IMG/VR virus record: IMGVR_UViG_3300049830_000142
Location: 1-64,000 of that record
Source of the DNA: a virus
Direction: 5' to 3' (one strand)
Length of the DNA stretch: 64,000 bases
Part shown: positions 18,175 through 28,394 of the stretch, piece by piece
Position numbering within the stretch: position 1 is the first letter of the stretch
Layout of the letters: each line of letters begins with the position of its first letter
The notes under the pieces: model-generated
Seen by the model: only the letters and a program-made list of their open reading frames with translations
What the model was told of the DNA's origin: nothing
The model's database searches: none
Position numbers and translations under genes: made by a program

Positions 18175-20157
18175 TTATTTCTTAGTAAACTTTATCTCGC
18201 AAGAATCATTACTACAAAATTTTTCAACATCAGCCTCTTCACCATGGATTCCTCTTAATTTTAGAGGTTTCAATTTTTCTAAAATCTCATCGTATTTTTT
18301 AGCAGTTATAGTTTCATAGGGCATTTGTCTATAAGTTGTACCAGACTCTAACATAGGAAGAAATGAAACACCTTTAAGCTGATATTGATAAAGGTCCAAT
18401 GCGAACTTAATTTGATCTGCTTCATGTTTCTTAAATGTAACTGTGCAACTAACTTGGTTATCCGCCCAATAACGCTGCATAAAGGCTGCCATACCCAGTT
18501 GTTCCCACATTGAAACATCTTTTAACGTTCGAATGTTTGTGCCTAAGCTAACAGGAATTTCAACCACCATAGTACTATCTTCCGAGCCATAGCAAGGTTC
18601 TATCTTGTACCCTGCGTCTTTTAGGGGTTGGATTAATTCGCTGTGTTTGCTCAATCGCATTCTACGAATATAGTGTGTGTTTTCTGGAAAATGCACACCT
18701 GGGGTAGCTCCAGCCAAAAGACTTACAGTACCTGATGGTTTAATCGATGTCTTCTTGATGCTTTTTGGAATAGCCAACCAGTCAGAATAAACTTCATCAT
18801 ATCTTTCAATAGCTTTATAGCCTTCCTCACACCAAACTTTGAGCTCATGTATTCCTTTAACCGCAAGAAATTGAGCGATACCACTCATACTGCAGCCTAT
18901 TCTACGGTTTCTAAGCATTACACGATTCGTGTCACTCCAGTGTGTCTCGCCTAAAGTAACGGTCTTAGCATATAGATAAGCGTACTTAAGCGTAACAAGA
19001 TAGTCTGCCATACTATCGTGATTCGATGGGAATGTCTCGACCAAGTTGCAAACTTCATAACTTTCCAAACTCTGTTCTAGACAAGGATTACCTCCAGATA
19101 CTCTAGAGTCTTTGTTGTCCTTGCCGTTATTCATTCTAGAGTAACCTTGCATATTCTCTAACCAAGCAAAACCAGGCTCACCGTTGATACGAGTCCTTTC
19201 AGCTGCGTTGGTATAGTCCATGCCGAGGTCACAAAAGATGCTGTTGTTACTAGTCCAACCAAAGCTCTCTCTCCTAGGGTTGACTTTGTAGTTCTTCAAA
19301 TCCAAATACTCGTTAGAGTTGTAATCACCGAATACTATTTCAGCGGTTCTTCTTACGTTACCAGCTACGACACATTTACCTACTAAGTTCATGATGTCGA
19401 CGATGGTTGTGATTGTGATCGGAGTACCTGCGTTCCTATCTAGAACTGCACGAATCACTTCATGCATCTCTTGTAAAGGACCAGGACCACTAGATACACC
19501 ACCGAAACCTTTGATAGGTAGTCCGGCTACTCTGACTTTGCCATAGTCAAAGACAATCTTTTTAGAACCGTTGAAGTAAGACTCAAGCAATACTTTGAGA
19601 GACTCTACCCAAGCTTCACGAGTGTCTTCTATGACAAATGTCTCGACGTTAGTCTTGTTTGGAGCGTAAATCTGAACCTGACCTGCACCTTTAGTGTCAA
19701 AGCCACATCCTACACCTACCATAGACACGTCCATCAAGAAACAGAAAGGCTTGGACCTATCTTCCTTTAGAGAAGAAGTAGATACGAATGCACAGTTGTT
19801 CAGAGCCATGTAGATGTTACGCTCTTCAGTGATAGGAGAACCCATAGCCCAAAGACCACGACCTGGAGGTAGGAACTTCATACTGAAGATTCGCTCATAC
19901 ATTTCTTGTGCAGACTTTTGGGCTTTCTGTGGTTGCCATCCTAACCTATGCTCTTCAATCCACTTCTTCTGCATATTGAACGTTCCCTCTACTACTCTAG
20001 CTACAGTCTCCCACCAACGTTCGTTCTCACCATTTTCCTTAATGCGGCTGTAAGTACGCATGTAGACTAACTCACCCAAGCCATTGAAACCAAATGGTGG
20101 CTTCTTATGTTTATAGCTAGAAAGAAAGTTGTCTGTTAATCTAAATTTATTTTCCAT
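18175..20157 (-). CDS. nrdJ: class II (adenosylcobalamin-dependent) ribonucleotide reductase, monomeric RTPR type
   Basis: VYMRTYSR, FLPPGRGLW, LNNCAF, GNVRRTAE, GGNPCLEQSLESYEVCNLVE, TSIKPSGTVSLL, C-terminal FCSNDSC; no intein seen. Confidence 0.92.
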   Translation of the reverse strand: MENKFRLTDNFLSSYKHKKPPFGFNGLGELVYMRTYSRIKENGENERWWETVARVVEGTFNMQKKWIEEHRLGWQPQKAQKSAQEMYERIFSMKFLPPGRGLWAMGSPITEERNIYMALNNCAFVSTSSLKEDRSKPFCFLMDVSMVGVGCGFDTKGAGQVQIYAPNKTNVETFVIEDTREAWVESLKVLLESYFNGSKKIVFDYGKVRVAGLPIKGFGGVSSGPGPLQEMHEVIRAVLDRNAGTPITITTIVDIMNLVGKCVVAGNVRRTAEIVFGDYNSNEYLDLKNYKVNPRRESFGWTSNNSIFCDLGMDYTNAAERTRINGEPGFAWLENMQGYSRMNNGKDNKDSRVSGGNPCLEQSLESYEVCNLVETFPSNHDSMADYLVTLKYAYLYAKTVTLGETHWSDTNRVMLRNRRIGCSMSGIAQFLAVKGIHELKVWCEEGYKAIERYDEVYSDWLAIPKSIKKTSIKPSGTVSLLAGATPGVHFPENTHYIRRMRLSKHSELIQPLKDAGYKIEPCYGSEDSTMVVEIPVSLGTNIRTLKDVSMWEQLGMAAFMQRYWADNQVSCTVTFKKHEADQIKFALDLYQYQLKGVSFLPMLESGTTYRQMPYETITAKKYDEILEKLKPLKLRGIHGEEADVEKFCSNDSCEIKFTKK

Positions 20158-20158
20158 A

Positions 20159-20647
20159 TCAAATGTGTATTTCCTTACCGTCTAGCATCCCAGTTAAACC
20201 TAGCTTTCCATCAAAGTAATCTAGGGTAATGCCTGCCTCTGTCATCATCATTTCTGCAACTTTGAATGACTCTACCCACTTCGGAGAGTGAGTTAGATTA
20301 GGCCACTGTTTGTGAACGACTATCTTGACTATTCCAGCCTGAATGATTGATTTCATGCATTCAGAACAAGGAATGCCTTGTGTATAAAGTGTTGAATCTT
20401 GTGTGCTATGTCCCATCAAAGCACCTTGTAGTACTGCATTAGCCTCAGCATGTACCACTAACTGATGCTTAAGAGTGCGGTCTTTATAACGGTCTTCTGT
20501 ATCTCTGACGCCATAAGGAAAACCGTTAAAGCCTGATGCTATAAGACGGTTGTTCTTTTCTAAAATAGCTCCTATCCTAGTTGTAGGGTCTTTGGACTTT
20601 GAAGCAGCGAGATAAACGTGCCTCATATAAAATTCTTGCCAATTCAT
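20159..20647 (-). CDS. dCMP deaminase
   Basis: SKDPTTRIGA, GFNGFPYG, HAEANA, PCSECMK. Confidence 0.92.
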   Translation of the reverse strand: MNWQEFYMRHVYLAASKSKDPTTRIGAILEKNNRLIASGFNGFPYGVRDTEDRYKDRTLKHQLVVHAEANAVLQGALMGHSTQDSTLYTQGIPCSECMKSIIQAGIVKIVVHKQWPNLTHSPKWVESFKVAEMMMTEAGITLDYFDGKLGLTGMLDGKEIHI

Positions 20648-20988
20648 TATCGGTTGTCTCCACTTCCACCTATCACGCCTCTTTCTTTACGAGAAGATAG
20701 CTTGCGGTAGTTGTGTTCCAAAAGCTCGGTCAAAGATAGTCCTAGTGCATCGCATAGTCTAGTCAAGTACCATGCTACATCAGAAGTCTCATCAGTTAAG
20801 GTGAGCTTAGTTGCTGGTGTAAGTACGCCACCGTTATCTCTGATTACTTTCTTTAGCTTACCGCATACTTCGCCAGCTTCGCTAGCTAAGCCTAGAGCTA
20901 AGTACTCTAGTTCTCTTTCCTTAGGATAGATTGCGGTTGATCGTGTAAACTCTAAATATTGTTCGTTGGTTATTGGTTGTTTGGTCAT
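20647..20988 (-). CDS. MazG-like NTP pyrophosphohydrolase
   Basis: LGLASEAGEV..KK..DETSDVAWYL..NYRKLSSR. Start set at MTKQP. Confidence 0.85.
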   Translation of the reverse strand: MTKQPITNEQYLEFTRSTAIYPKERELEYLALGLASEAGEVCGKLKKVIRDNGGVLTPATKLTLTDETSDVAWYLTRLCDALGLSLTELLEHNYRKLSSRKERGVIGGSGDNR

Positions 20989-21122
20989 AAAAAATAAGTT
21001 TCGCGTAAACAATTAGTCACGCGAAATAACAGACTAGCACAAAAATCGTCCGCTGGAAATAGGGACGATGAAGATTTAGGCAACTTTTTAACTTGCCTAC
21101 TTTACGTGAAATTGAGGAACTG

Positions 21123-21353
21123 TTAAGCGTCCTTCAATTCAAGTAATGATAAGACAATGGAACGTAACGTCTTGTACACTTCTGGGTTCTCGTCCTCGAG
21201 ATTTACGAAGTTGTTGTTCAAGACTAAGGTGTTCTTGTCTCCTAATGTTGCTTTAAGCACTATAGAGTCGTCCAATGTCATTACGACTTGTTCGTCCTCT
21301 GGTTCATAATCGATCTCTAATCTCATATGAGTTAACTTTATTGAATTAGCCAT
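21123..21353 (-). CDS. small acidic hypothetical protein
   Basis: ORF co-oriented with the nucleotide-metabolism operon; start uncertain. Confidence 0.5.
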   Translation of the reverse strand: MANSIKLTHMRLEIDYEPEDEQVVMTLDDSIVLKATLGDKNTLVLNNNFVNLEDENPEVYKTLRSIVLSLLELKDA

Positions 21354-21438
21354 AGGCTTGTCAATTCCATTCATAAAAATATTTTGTTTGCTTCTTCTAA
21401 AGGTTAAAACTAGAATAGTACTATACCAAAGGCACACT

Positions 21439-22176
21439 ATGATTAAGTATCGTCTAGGCCGTAAAGCGGCTAAATTTGATAAGCGTACACTACGCCTCGC
21501 CCGTTACCTCGCTCCAAATCTCAAGCCTCCACATAGCATAGCTTGGCAAGGAAAAGTGCAGGACTGGGGTATGATGAAGAACGATGAACTAGGTGACTGT
21601 ACTTGTGCAGCTGCCGGACATTGTATCATGAACTGGACTGCTAACGCTGGTGTGCTTGTCAGACCTTCTGATGAATCAATCTTAACAGCTTATAAGGCAG
21701 TTGGTGGTTATGTGCCTGGCGATCCATCTACTGATAACGGTGCTATTGAACTTGATGTTCTCAAGTATTGGCAGAAGGTTGGTGTTGCAGGTCATAAGAT
21801 TGGTGCATATGTATCAATCAATCCTAAGAACATCCAGCATATGAAGGTTGCTACTTGGTTGTTCGGTGCAGTGTATACTGGTGTTATGCTTACACAAGCT
21901 GACATGGACGCTATTCAATCAGGCAATACTACTTGGAACTACACTAAAGGTTCTTCTATTGGTGGTCATGCTATTCCAGCTTTCGGTTATAATAGCAAAG
22001 GATTTCAATACGTTACATGGGGTGCGGTACAAACCGGTACCTACGAATGGACGTACAATCAGATGGAAGAGGCCTATGCTATCATTAGCACTGACTGGTT
22101 CAATAATCAAGGCAACGCTCCTTCTGGGTTCAACGTCAAACAATTAATGCTAGACTTAGGAGCTATACAACACTAA
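21439..22176 (+). CDS. papain-like (C1-related) cysteine peptidase-fold protein
   Basis: NDELGDCTCAAAGH (Cys), GGHAIP (His), VTWG; N-terminal RLGRK..DKRTLRL propeptide-like stretch. Confidence 0.55.
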   Translation: MIKYRLGRKAAKFDKRTLRLARYLAPNLKPPHSIAWQGKVQDWGMMKNDELGDCTCAAAGHCIMNWTANAGVLVRPSDESILTAYKAVGGYVPGDPSTDNGAIELDVLKYWQKVGVAGHKIGAYVSINPKNIQHMKVATWLFGAVYTGVMLTQADMDAIQSGNTTWNYTKGSSIGGHAIPAFGYNSKGFQYVTWGAVQTGTYEWTYNQMEEAYAIISTDWFNNQGNAPSGFNVKQLMLDLGAIQH

Positions 22177-22859
22177 TGCTAAGTAGACCTGAAAAGATTT
22201 CGAAGCTAAAACAATGGCTTAACCACACTAAGTTGGATAAGGACATTGTTAAGAGTAATGTAGGAGTTGAGGACGATAAGATTAGTCCTCAAGTGTTACT
22301 TGCTAGCTCAGCTAAGCTAATCAAGATCAACAAAGGTGAAGCAGAACCTGATGATCGTGATAACTTGAAGTTCAGTAAATTCATGGGTATTGAAGATTTC
22401 GTAGAGGAACATATCCAACGTGACGCTTCCAAGATACAACAGAAGGCTGCTTACAAGATGCAGATGAAGAAGAATCTTAGCTGGCTTACACCAGGCTTTT
22501 TCACTCCTCAGATCAGGTCAGTTATCATTGGTAACTCTTTAGCTAACAACGTAGACGGTATTAACCCTCTAGAACATTGGGATAATAGTCACAAAGTCAC
22601 TAAGATGGGTCCTGGTGGTATTCCTAGCACTGACGCTATTCCTCCAGAGTCTCGTAACGTAGCACCATCCTCATTCGGTTTCTTTGATCCAGTACACATC
22701 TCTGAGTCTGAAAAGATCGGTGTCACTAGCTATATCAATCACAACGTAGCTAAAGGTGACGATTGCAAGCTATACCGAGTCATGAAGACTAAGCATGGCT
22801 TGAAGTGGATGGACCATGAAGACGTTTTAAGTAAACAAGTACACATTCCAGAATACTAA
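22176..22859 (+). CDS. RNA polymerase beta subunit, middle fragment
   Basis: NPLEHWDNSHKVTKMGPGGI..ESRNVAPSSFGFFDPVHISESEKIG matches the RpoB fork-loop/rifampicin region (NPL..KRR.SALGPGGL..EVRDVH.SHYGR.CP.ETPEG.NIG). Confidence 0.85.
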   Translation: MLSRPEKISKLKQWLNHTKLDKDIVKSNVGVEDDKISPQVLLASSAKLIKINKGEAEPDDRDNLKFSKFMGIEDFVEEHIQRDASKIQQKAAYKMQMKKNLSWLTPGFFTPQIRSVIIGNSLANNVDGINPLEHWDNSHKVTKMGPGGIPSTDAIPPESRNVAPSSFGFFDPVHISESEKIGVTSYINHNVAKGDDCKLYRVMKTKHGLKWMDHEDVLSKQVHIPEY

Positions 22860-23248
22860 CCAGCTTGTAAATAGTTGATCATGCTTTTTAGAATACATAC
22901 GTTATCTTTAGCGTATCCTAGTCCTAAATTACAAGGTTTACAAAGCAATCCCCTTACTTTTCCTGTTGTGTGATCATGGTCTACGTTTAATTTATATCTT
23001 TCACCTACGTTGCCACAAATTTTACATTTACCTAGTTGTAAATCAAACAATTTATCGTAATCTTCAATAGATAATCCATAACTTGTCTTTAGTTCATAAG
23101 CACGGGTAATTTTCTTAACTTTTTCAGGATTTTTAACTCGCCAATTTTTGCTATTACGAATTTTTTGTTTTGAATTAAGCTTATAATACTGTTTCCACTT
23201 TAGCTTATTCTTACTGTAGTAATCTTTATTATATTCTCTAGTGTTCAT
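22856..23248 (-). CDS. endonuclease VII-family HNH nuclease
   Basis: CKICG..LNVDHDHTTGKVRGLLCKPCNLGLG. Confidence 0.88.
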   Translation of the reverse strand: MNTREYNKDYYSKNKLKWKQYYKLNSKQKIRNSKNWRVKNPEKVKKITRAYELKTSYGLSIEDYDKLFDLQLGKCKICGNVGERYKLNVDHDHTTGKVRGLLCKPCNLGLGYAKDNVCILKSMINYLQAG

Positions 23249-23253
23249 AAGTA

Positions 23254-24219
23254 TTAAAGCGCTATCAAAGGTCTTACTGAAGTAAAGTAGTCCTTCTTAG
23301 TAATATCCGCTACATCTGTAAAGTAGAACTGCACTAATCCTGTAGTAGCTCCTGAAGGCATTAGAAATGTGGCTATGTCTTTTACGGCATCTGTTCCAGT
23401 TCTGGATGATGTCAGTACAAACTTCGTATCACTTGCTACAGTACCCTTTGTAATTGGTGCTGAAACTCCGGCTATCAAGATCTGAGATAAATCAGCAAAT
23501 CCAGTTCTATGGGCTGTGCTGTCATAGGTTGAACTAACTGCAGGACAAGTGATGCTAACGCTATCTCCTGCGTAAGCACCGTCTACTGAGAAGTAGATGC
23601 TGTCTATGCGCTCTGTCAATCTTAGCGATGATCCTAAGTCAGATACATTGCTAATACTGTATTGAGGAGAGCTAGCTACTCCATGGTAACCTATAGATGG
23701 TAATGCACCTGACTTAAAGGACGGAAATCCCTGTAACACTATTCTACCATCAGCACCAGTGTTTACAGCTTGAGCTAAGTAAGCTGTAGCTGAACCAGAG
23801 CCTGCAACTCTAAATTGTGTTTGAGGTAAGAATGCATAAAGCTTTCTACCTGCTACAGTAGTGATGCCTGGTGTCCCTTTACTCATATCTGTAGTAAACT
23901 GTACCGTAGCTCCACCTGCTTGAACAGCATCGAATCTGACTGGACAGATATTATTCTCTTCTACTTGTCTCCTTTTAATCAAGTTATGCGCTGTGACAGA
24001 ACCGAAGTCTATCAAGAAGCCATCTGTAGTCTCATAAAAGCAGAGCAGGCTAAAGTACATCGACTTAACACATCTTCCAAAGAAGAACGCTTGATCTGCA
24101 TATAGAGCTGGTTGTCTAACTGGATTAGTGTCAGAGGTAGTGCTCAATGCTAAGTGTAAAGGATCGATGTTCGACCCGTCAAACGGAGCATACTGAGATT
24201 CGTGGATTACTTCCTGCAT
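23254..24219 (-). CDS. probable tail/baseplate structural protein
   Basis: Ser/Thr/Gly-rich, beta-strand-like sequence. Start at ATG 24219 gives a TAATG overlap with the upstream gene. Confidence 0.5.
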   Translation of the reverse strand: MQEVIHESQYAPFDGSNIDPLHLALSTTSDTNPVRQPALYADQAFFFGRCVKSMYFSLLCFYETTDGFLIDFGSVTAHNLIKRRQVEENNICPVRFDAVQAGGATVQFTTDMSKGTPGITTVAGRKLYAFLPQTQFRVAGSGSATAYLAQAVNTGADGRIVLQGFPSFKSGALPSIGYHGVASSPQYSISNVSDLGSSLRLTERIDSIYFSVDGAYAGDSVSITCPAVSSTYDSTAHRTGFADLSQILIAGVSAPITKGTVASDTKFVLTSSRTGTDAVKDIATFLMPSGATTGLVQFYFTDVADITKKDYFTSVRPLIAL

Positions 24220-27200
24220 TAGAATAGAGGAGTGTTGATCGTACAATACGGTGCAGTACTAAACTCCGGATAAATAGCCATCCAGTTGATACGAGGGTTA
24301 GCAGTCCTATTTATGTTTGCTGGAGGATTAGCTGGGTCATACCTAAAGCTATTTTGGTTCTCATGAGTATTGACAGTAGGGATTGAACCATCCAATGTAT
24401 AGTAGATATGAATGTTGTTTGATTTGACACCTATAGCTAGCTCAGTTGTAATACCTACTGGAGTGTAGGTTGGTGCCAACTGAGTCAATAAAGTAATCAA
24501 ACTCTGTTGTAAAGCTGAGTTAGGGGCAGTAGAGTATGCGAATGCATCAACTTTAGCGTTGTGACTACCTGGAGCGGCGGCAGAAAACGTAGGTGTTGAA
24601 TTACTTTGTATAGCATCAGTACTAATCATGTTACCAATCGTCGTATCAATAGCGGGAACTATAATCTTCAAAGGTACTGAGTTATTGTTTGTAGCCCTCA
24701 AAGTTAAGTGAGAGTGTGTCATCTGTTTTACAGCGTAGCTTGTGCTAGCTGCGTTGACTAACGAGACATGGCTACCTAAACTTTTACTAACTGTCACACC
24801 ATTCAAAGGAGCTGTAGGAATGTTGTATTCGGCATAAGCAATAGGTATGTAAGCCTTGAATTGATAATTAGTCGTATCAGATGATCCTCTAGCTTTGATA
24901 GCGTTTAGAGCTGCCTTCTGCAACTGTATTAAGTCTTGTGCTACGTTATTATCGATGCCTACGATTTGAGCTACAGAACTGTTGTAGTAGTTTTGCAAAT
25001 CTGTTGTGCTAGCTGCTGATGCTTGAGCAGGTGTCAAAAGCTTGTAAGTCGTAGTTGTGGCCGGTATGTAGTTTCTGCTACTACTCTGTCCTATATCAAA
25101 GTCTTTGGCTAATCCACGGCATACGGCAGCATAAACAACATTAGTCTCACCAAAGTAATTAGTAGGAGCGAATACTACTTCAAGGTAAACGACATGACCT
25201 GGACTCATCTTGAATGGGGTATCGAGACCAAAGACATGATAACGACCTATTGAAGCTTCACCGTTAAATAGATAAGACTGCGGTACAACCTTGACGTATT
25301 CAGTAGAGTCAGTAGCTGTGAAAGCTGTATTGACTGTTGTGAACTGCGCTGGATCGATTGTTTCCTTGCACTTGACTACGCCGAAAGGAGGGATGATAGC
25401 TCCAGGCACGCTCAAGAACTGTTCTTTCCATTTACCTTCAGCATCGGCAGTTCCTGGTTCAGTAGTAGTATTGGCTAGTGCATTGAAACTAGCTTTATCA
25501 CCTTCAGGGTAAACCATGGTGACGGAACTGTTACTATTGTATCCACTATTACTGTTGTTACCATTGTTACTCCAAGATGCGCTGCCAATACCTGTTCCAC
25601 TTCCTCCTCCACCTCCTCCACCTCCACTAAAGGAAGTCAAGTCTAGTACACCGGAGATAGCTAATGAACAGAAAGGTTTAGTAGGATCAGCAGAGACTAA
25701 CTTAAGATTATTTTGCTGTATTGCTCCACTAGCCGTAGCAACTGTCAGTGTAATCGGCTGTCCTGCGAAAGGTCCTGCAGTGTAAGTTGTCGGGTTAAGA
25801 CTAAAACTATCGCAGTTCAAAGCAGGTATGTGAATCTGTGAAGATGTAAATTCGTAATCACATAAGCTAGCTGCGTGCATCTGTAATGTTGCAGTGCTCC
25901 AAGTACTAGGATTATTTGTAGGACCAATACTGATCGTGACTGGGTTTTGTCCTATTGTGAGGTTAGCACAAGAGGCTATCGGAGGTAGTCCTAAGTTTAG
26001 TTCACCGCTTAGTTCAAATCCGCATTGAGTCTTACCGCTAGTTACGGTTGTGACTTTCTTTAACTCAATCGCGTTGTAGCGAGTCAAGTTATTCGGATTA
26101 TCTGGAGTAGTAATGGGTAAGCTATAGTTACTGTTCAACTTTACGTTGACTGAGTTACTAGCTACAAATCCACCATCGCAAACTGGTATAGGTAGGTTAA
26201 CAGTCGTACCATTCCAAGAACATGGGGCAGCAGGGTCACGCATACCGCCTGCATCAGTTAAGTCAATGTTAGAGCTGATTGCTGCTGGAGTATTGCCTGA
26301 GTCATCTGCAAAAGCGTAACCTGCAAAAGAAATTGGATCATTGAATTGAATACCGTTAGGGTAACAAGGAATGTCTATTGGTGGCGGTGTAAGTGTAATG
26401 TGACACAAATCTGGCTTTGTTACCGAAGTAGTTAAACTATGAGTGCCTCCAAAATATGGATCGCTGATTACCCAAGGAGCTACAGTTAGTACTGGACCAG
26501 TGTCTTTACAAGGGATGTCAATTAGTATTGGTCCACCACCAAAGTTGAATTGACAAGGTACTGAGTTTGATTGTGTAACCGAGATTGATGATGTGTGCGT
26601 AGAACTGTTGACTGAATCAGTAATTGTGAAGTCAACACTACCACTTACATTAGGTCCATCTGGGTAACAAGGGATGGTCAACGGAGGTAAGGTCAGATCA
26701 AAGGAACAGCTATTATCTGGATCTGGGGCTAAAGTAACAATTGACCTGTCTACGACTGGACCTGTAGGGCTTGTCCTAATGTCTAGAGGTGCGTTCTTAA
26801 AGGATATACCATCTGGGCACGGTATCTGAGGTAAATTGATTACAGGGTCGCCAACAAACTGCCAGTTACAAGGAACGTCATGGTCTTTGACAATAGCTAG
26901 GCTAGTAGTGACGACAGTACTTTGGTTTGGGTCTACGACAGTAATCGTTGCAGTACTACTTAACTGCGGACCAGTAGGAAAGCATGGTATGACAACGGGT
27001 GGAAAGTCTATGTTAAAGTTACAGACTGAATCTGCTTGAGATGCTCCGACAGTAATAGAACCTGCTGGTGTATTACTAACAATATCGCTTACTTGCGCGA
27101 AGATACTAACAGGAGTCGGGTTAAAGCTAATACCATTTGGGCAGTTCTCAGGCAAAGGAAATGGGTCAACAACTAAAGGAAACTCAATAAAGAGTGGTAA

Positions 27201-27374
27201 ACAAGTTTTTACATTGTTTGGTGGTGTGATTGACCCTAATGGAGTGGGAGGCGCAACTAATGTAGGTAGCGCACAGTTGATAGTCGGCTTATCAGAAACC
27301 GAAGTTGAGATGTACTGAGCTTGACGATTCGCTTCATTGACGATCGTGATCAAACTGGCAATTGGATTACTCAT
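24219..27374 (-). CDS. large Cys/Pro-repeat structural protein (fibre/adhesin-like) with a C-terminal YYTLDGS.PT domain
   Basis: About 8-9 repeats of C-x-[FWI]..P..[IL]PC, a poly-Gly hinge, and a C-terminal IYYTLDGSIPT (chitobiase/Fn3-associated-like motif). Confidence 0.55.
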   Translation of the reverse strand: MSNPIASLITIVNEANRQAQYISTSVSDKPTINCALPTLVAPPTPLGSITPPNNVKTCLPLFIEFPLVVDPFPLPENCPNGISFNPTPVSIFAQVSDIVSNTPAGSITVGASQADSVCNFNIDFPPVVIPCFPTGPQLSSTATITVVDPNQSTVVTTSLAIVKDHDVPCNWQFVGDPVINLPQIPCPDGISFKNAPLDIRTSPTGPVVDRSIVTLAPDPDNSCSFDLTLPPLTIPCYPDGPNVSGSVDFTITDSVNSSTHTSSISVTQSNSVPCQFNFGGGPILIDIPCKDTGPVLTVAPWVISDPYFGGTHSLTTSVTKPDLCHITLTPPPIDIPCYPNGIQFNDPISFAGYAFADDSGNTPAAISSNIDLTDAGGMRDPAAPCSWNGTTVNLPIPVCDGGFVASNSVNVKLNSNYSLPITTPDNPNNLTRYNAIELKKVTTVTSGKTQCGFELSGELNLGLPPIASCANLTIGQNPVTISIGPTNNPSTWSTATLQMHAASLCDYEFTSSQIHIPALNCDSFSLNPTTYTAGPFAGQPITLTVATASGAIQQNNLKLVSADPTKPFCSLAISGVLDLTSFSGGGGGGGGSGTGIGSASWSNNGNNSNSGYNSNSSVTMVYPEGDKASFNALANTTTEPGTADAEGKWKEQFLSVPGAIIPPFGVVKCKETIDPAQFTTVNTAFTATDSTEYVKVVPQSYLFNGEASIGRYHVFGLDTPFKMSPGHVVYLEVVFAPTNYFGETNVVYAAVCRGLAKDFDIGQSSSRNYIPATTTTYKLLTPAQASAASTTDLQNYYNSSVAQIVGIDNNVAQDLIQLQKAALNAIKARGSSDTTNYQFKAYIPIAYAEYNIPTAPLNGVTVSKSLGSHVSLVNAASTSYAVKQMTHSHLTLRATNNNSVPLKIIVPAIDTTIGNMISTDAIQSNSTPTFSAAAPGSHNAKVDAFAYSTAPNSALQQSLITLLTQLAPTYTPVGITTELAIGVKSNNIHIYYTLDGSIPTVNTHENQNSFRYDPANPPANINRTANPRINWMAIYPEFSTAPYCTINTPLF

Positions 27375-27762
27375 GTTTCAATTTAACTAAAATACCGTAG
27401 CAAACTAAGCTGAAGAACATAGTCAATAGTATAGCTGGTACTACGAAAAGTACAGGCCATAAATATAGCAATGTAAAAATGAACATGATAGGTACCGTCA
27501 GAAATGCTGAAGTCCAAACACAGATACATTTAGGGCATACAAACAATTTTGTAAGAAAACTGTTGTAGTTGGCGCTAAGGTACTGGGTGTAATGTAATGT
27601 CTGATCGTCTACTGTAGCTTCCTTGTACTCATTTACATGAAAGAATTTACCTAGACTAAACAAACTGACGTATTCTACGAAAGCGTTTGTCTTGAACCAG
27701 ATATACAGGAGCGATGAATTGATGGCCCCAAGTAGAAAGAAAAGTATGAGTAAGTCGCACAT
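27367..27762 (-). CDS. membrane protein with a CPxC motif (DUF1360-like)
   Basis: 2-3 hydrophobic helices flanking FVCPKCICVW. Confidence 0.6.
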   Translation of the reverse strand: MCDLLILFFLLGAINSSLLYIWFKTNAFVEYVSLFSLGKFFHVNEYKEATVDDQTLHYTQYLSANYNSFLTKLFVCPKCICVWTSAFLTVPIMFIFTLLYLWPVLFVVPAILLTMFFSLVCYGILVKLKHE

Positions 27763-27822
27763 AAATAGCGAGCCGGCATATCTTAATGATACACCGGCTC
27801 TAGGTCTGGTTAAAGGCTAAAC

Positions 27823-28020
27823 TTAAGCCTCTTTCTGAGCACTAGCAGTATCAGCATCTTCTTCATCCATGACTGCTTTGATCTCTTCATCGATGCGTTT
27901 AACGTTCTCACTGTGTAGTTTAGCTGCCTCTTTCTTTTCAGTTAAGGCTTCCAGGCGTTCCTGGGTTAGGTTAAATACACGTGTCTTACGGTCTGCTCCT
28001 TGCTTAGGTATTGTTGGCAT
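27823..28020 (-). CDS. small coiled-coil protein
   Basis: 65 aa, charged helical sequence, 2 bp from its neighbour. Confidence 0.6.
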   Translation of the reverse strand: MPTIPKQGADRKTRVFNLTQERLEALTEKKEAAKLHSENVKRIDEEIKAVMDEEDADTASAQKEA

Positions 28021-28022
28021 GA

Positions 28023-28289
28023 TTATTTAGTTGATTCAGACTTCTCTTCGACTTTAGGGGCTTCTACTGTCTTGTTGAGCAGGTCTAGGATGAGCTGCTT
28101 CTGTCCAATCAAGATCAATTGCATGCGTTTAGCTTCGTTTGTTTTGCTAGTCAAGTCGTCAATGGTAGACTGAAGATTTGCCAATGACGAGTCTGCTTGA
28201 CCTAGGTAGGTTTGAAGCGTCTTTACAGTGTCTGCAATTGTCATCTTGAAGACTGGGGCTTGCGCCGTATCGGTTGTTGATTCACTCAT
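28023..28289 (-). CDS. small coiled-coil protein
   Basis: 88 aa with heptad-like pattern; downstream of a sigma70 promoter. Confidence 0.65.
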   Translation of the reverse strand: MSESTTDTAQAPVFKMTIADTVKTLQTYLGQADSSLANLQSTIDDLTSKTNEAKRMQLILIGQKQLILDLLNKTVEAPKVEEKSESTK

Positions 28290-28312
28290 AATTTGTGGTT
28301 ACTGTATTTGGA

Positions 28313-28340
28313 ATATTACACAACATATTGGTTGTGTCAA
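28313..28340 (-). promoter_or_regulatory. sigma70 promoter with an internal inverted repeat
   Basis: TTGACA-N16-TAATAT; ACACAAC/GTTGTGT inverted repeat at 28318-28337. Confidence 0.6.
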
Positions 28341-28343
28341 ATG

Positions 28344-28378
28344 AAAAAAAGAGAGCGACCTATTTCTAGATCGCTCTC
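28344..28378 (-). terminator. intrinsic terminator
   Basis: GAGAGCGA/TCGCTCTC stem followed by T7 on the minus strand. Confidence 0.8.
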
Positions 28379-28394
28379 AGAGTTAAGGGTTGAA

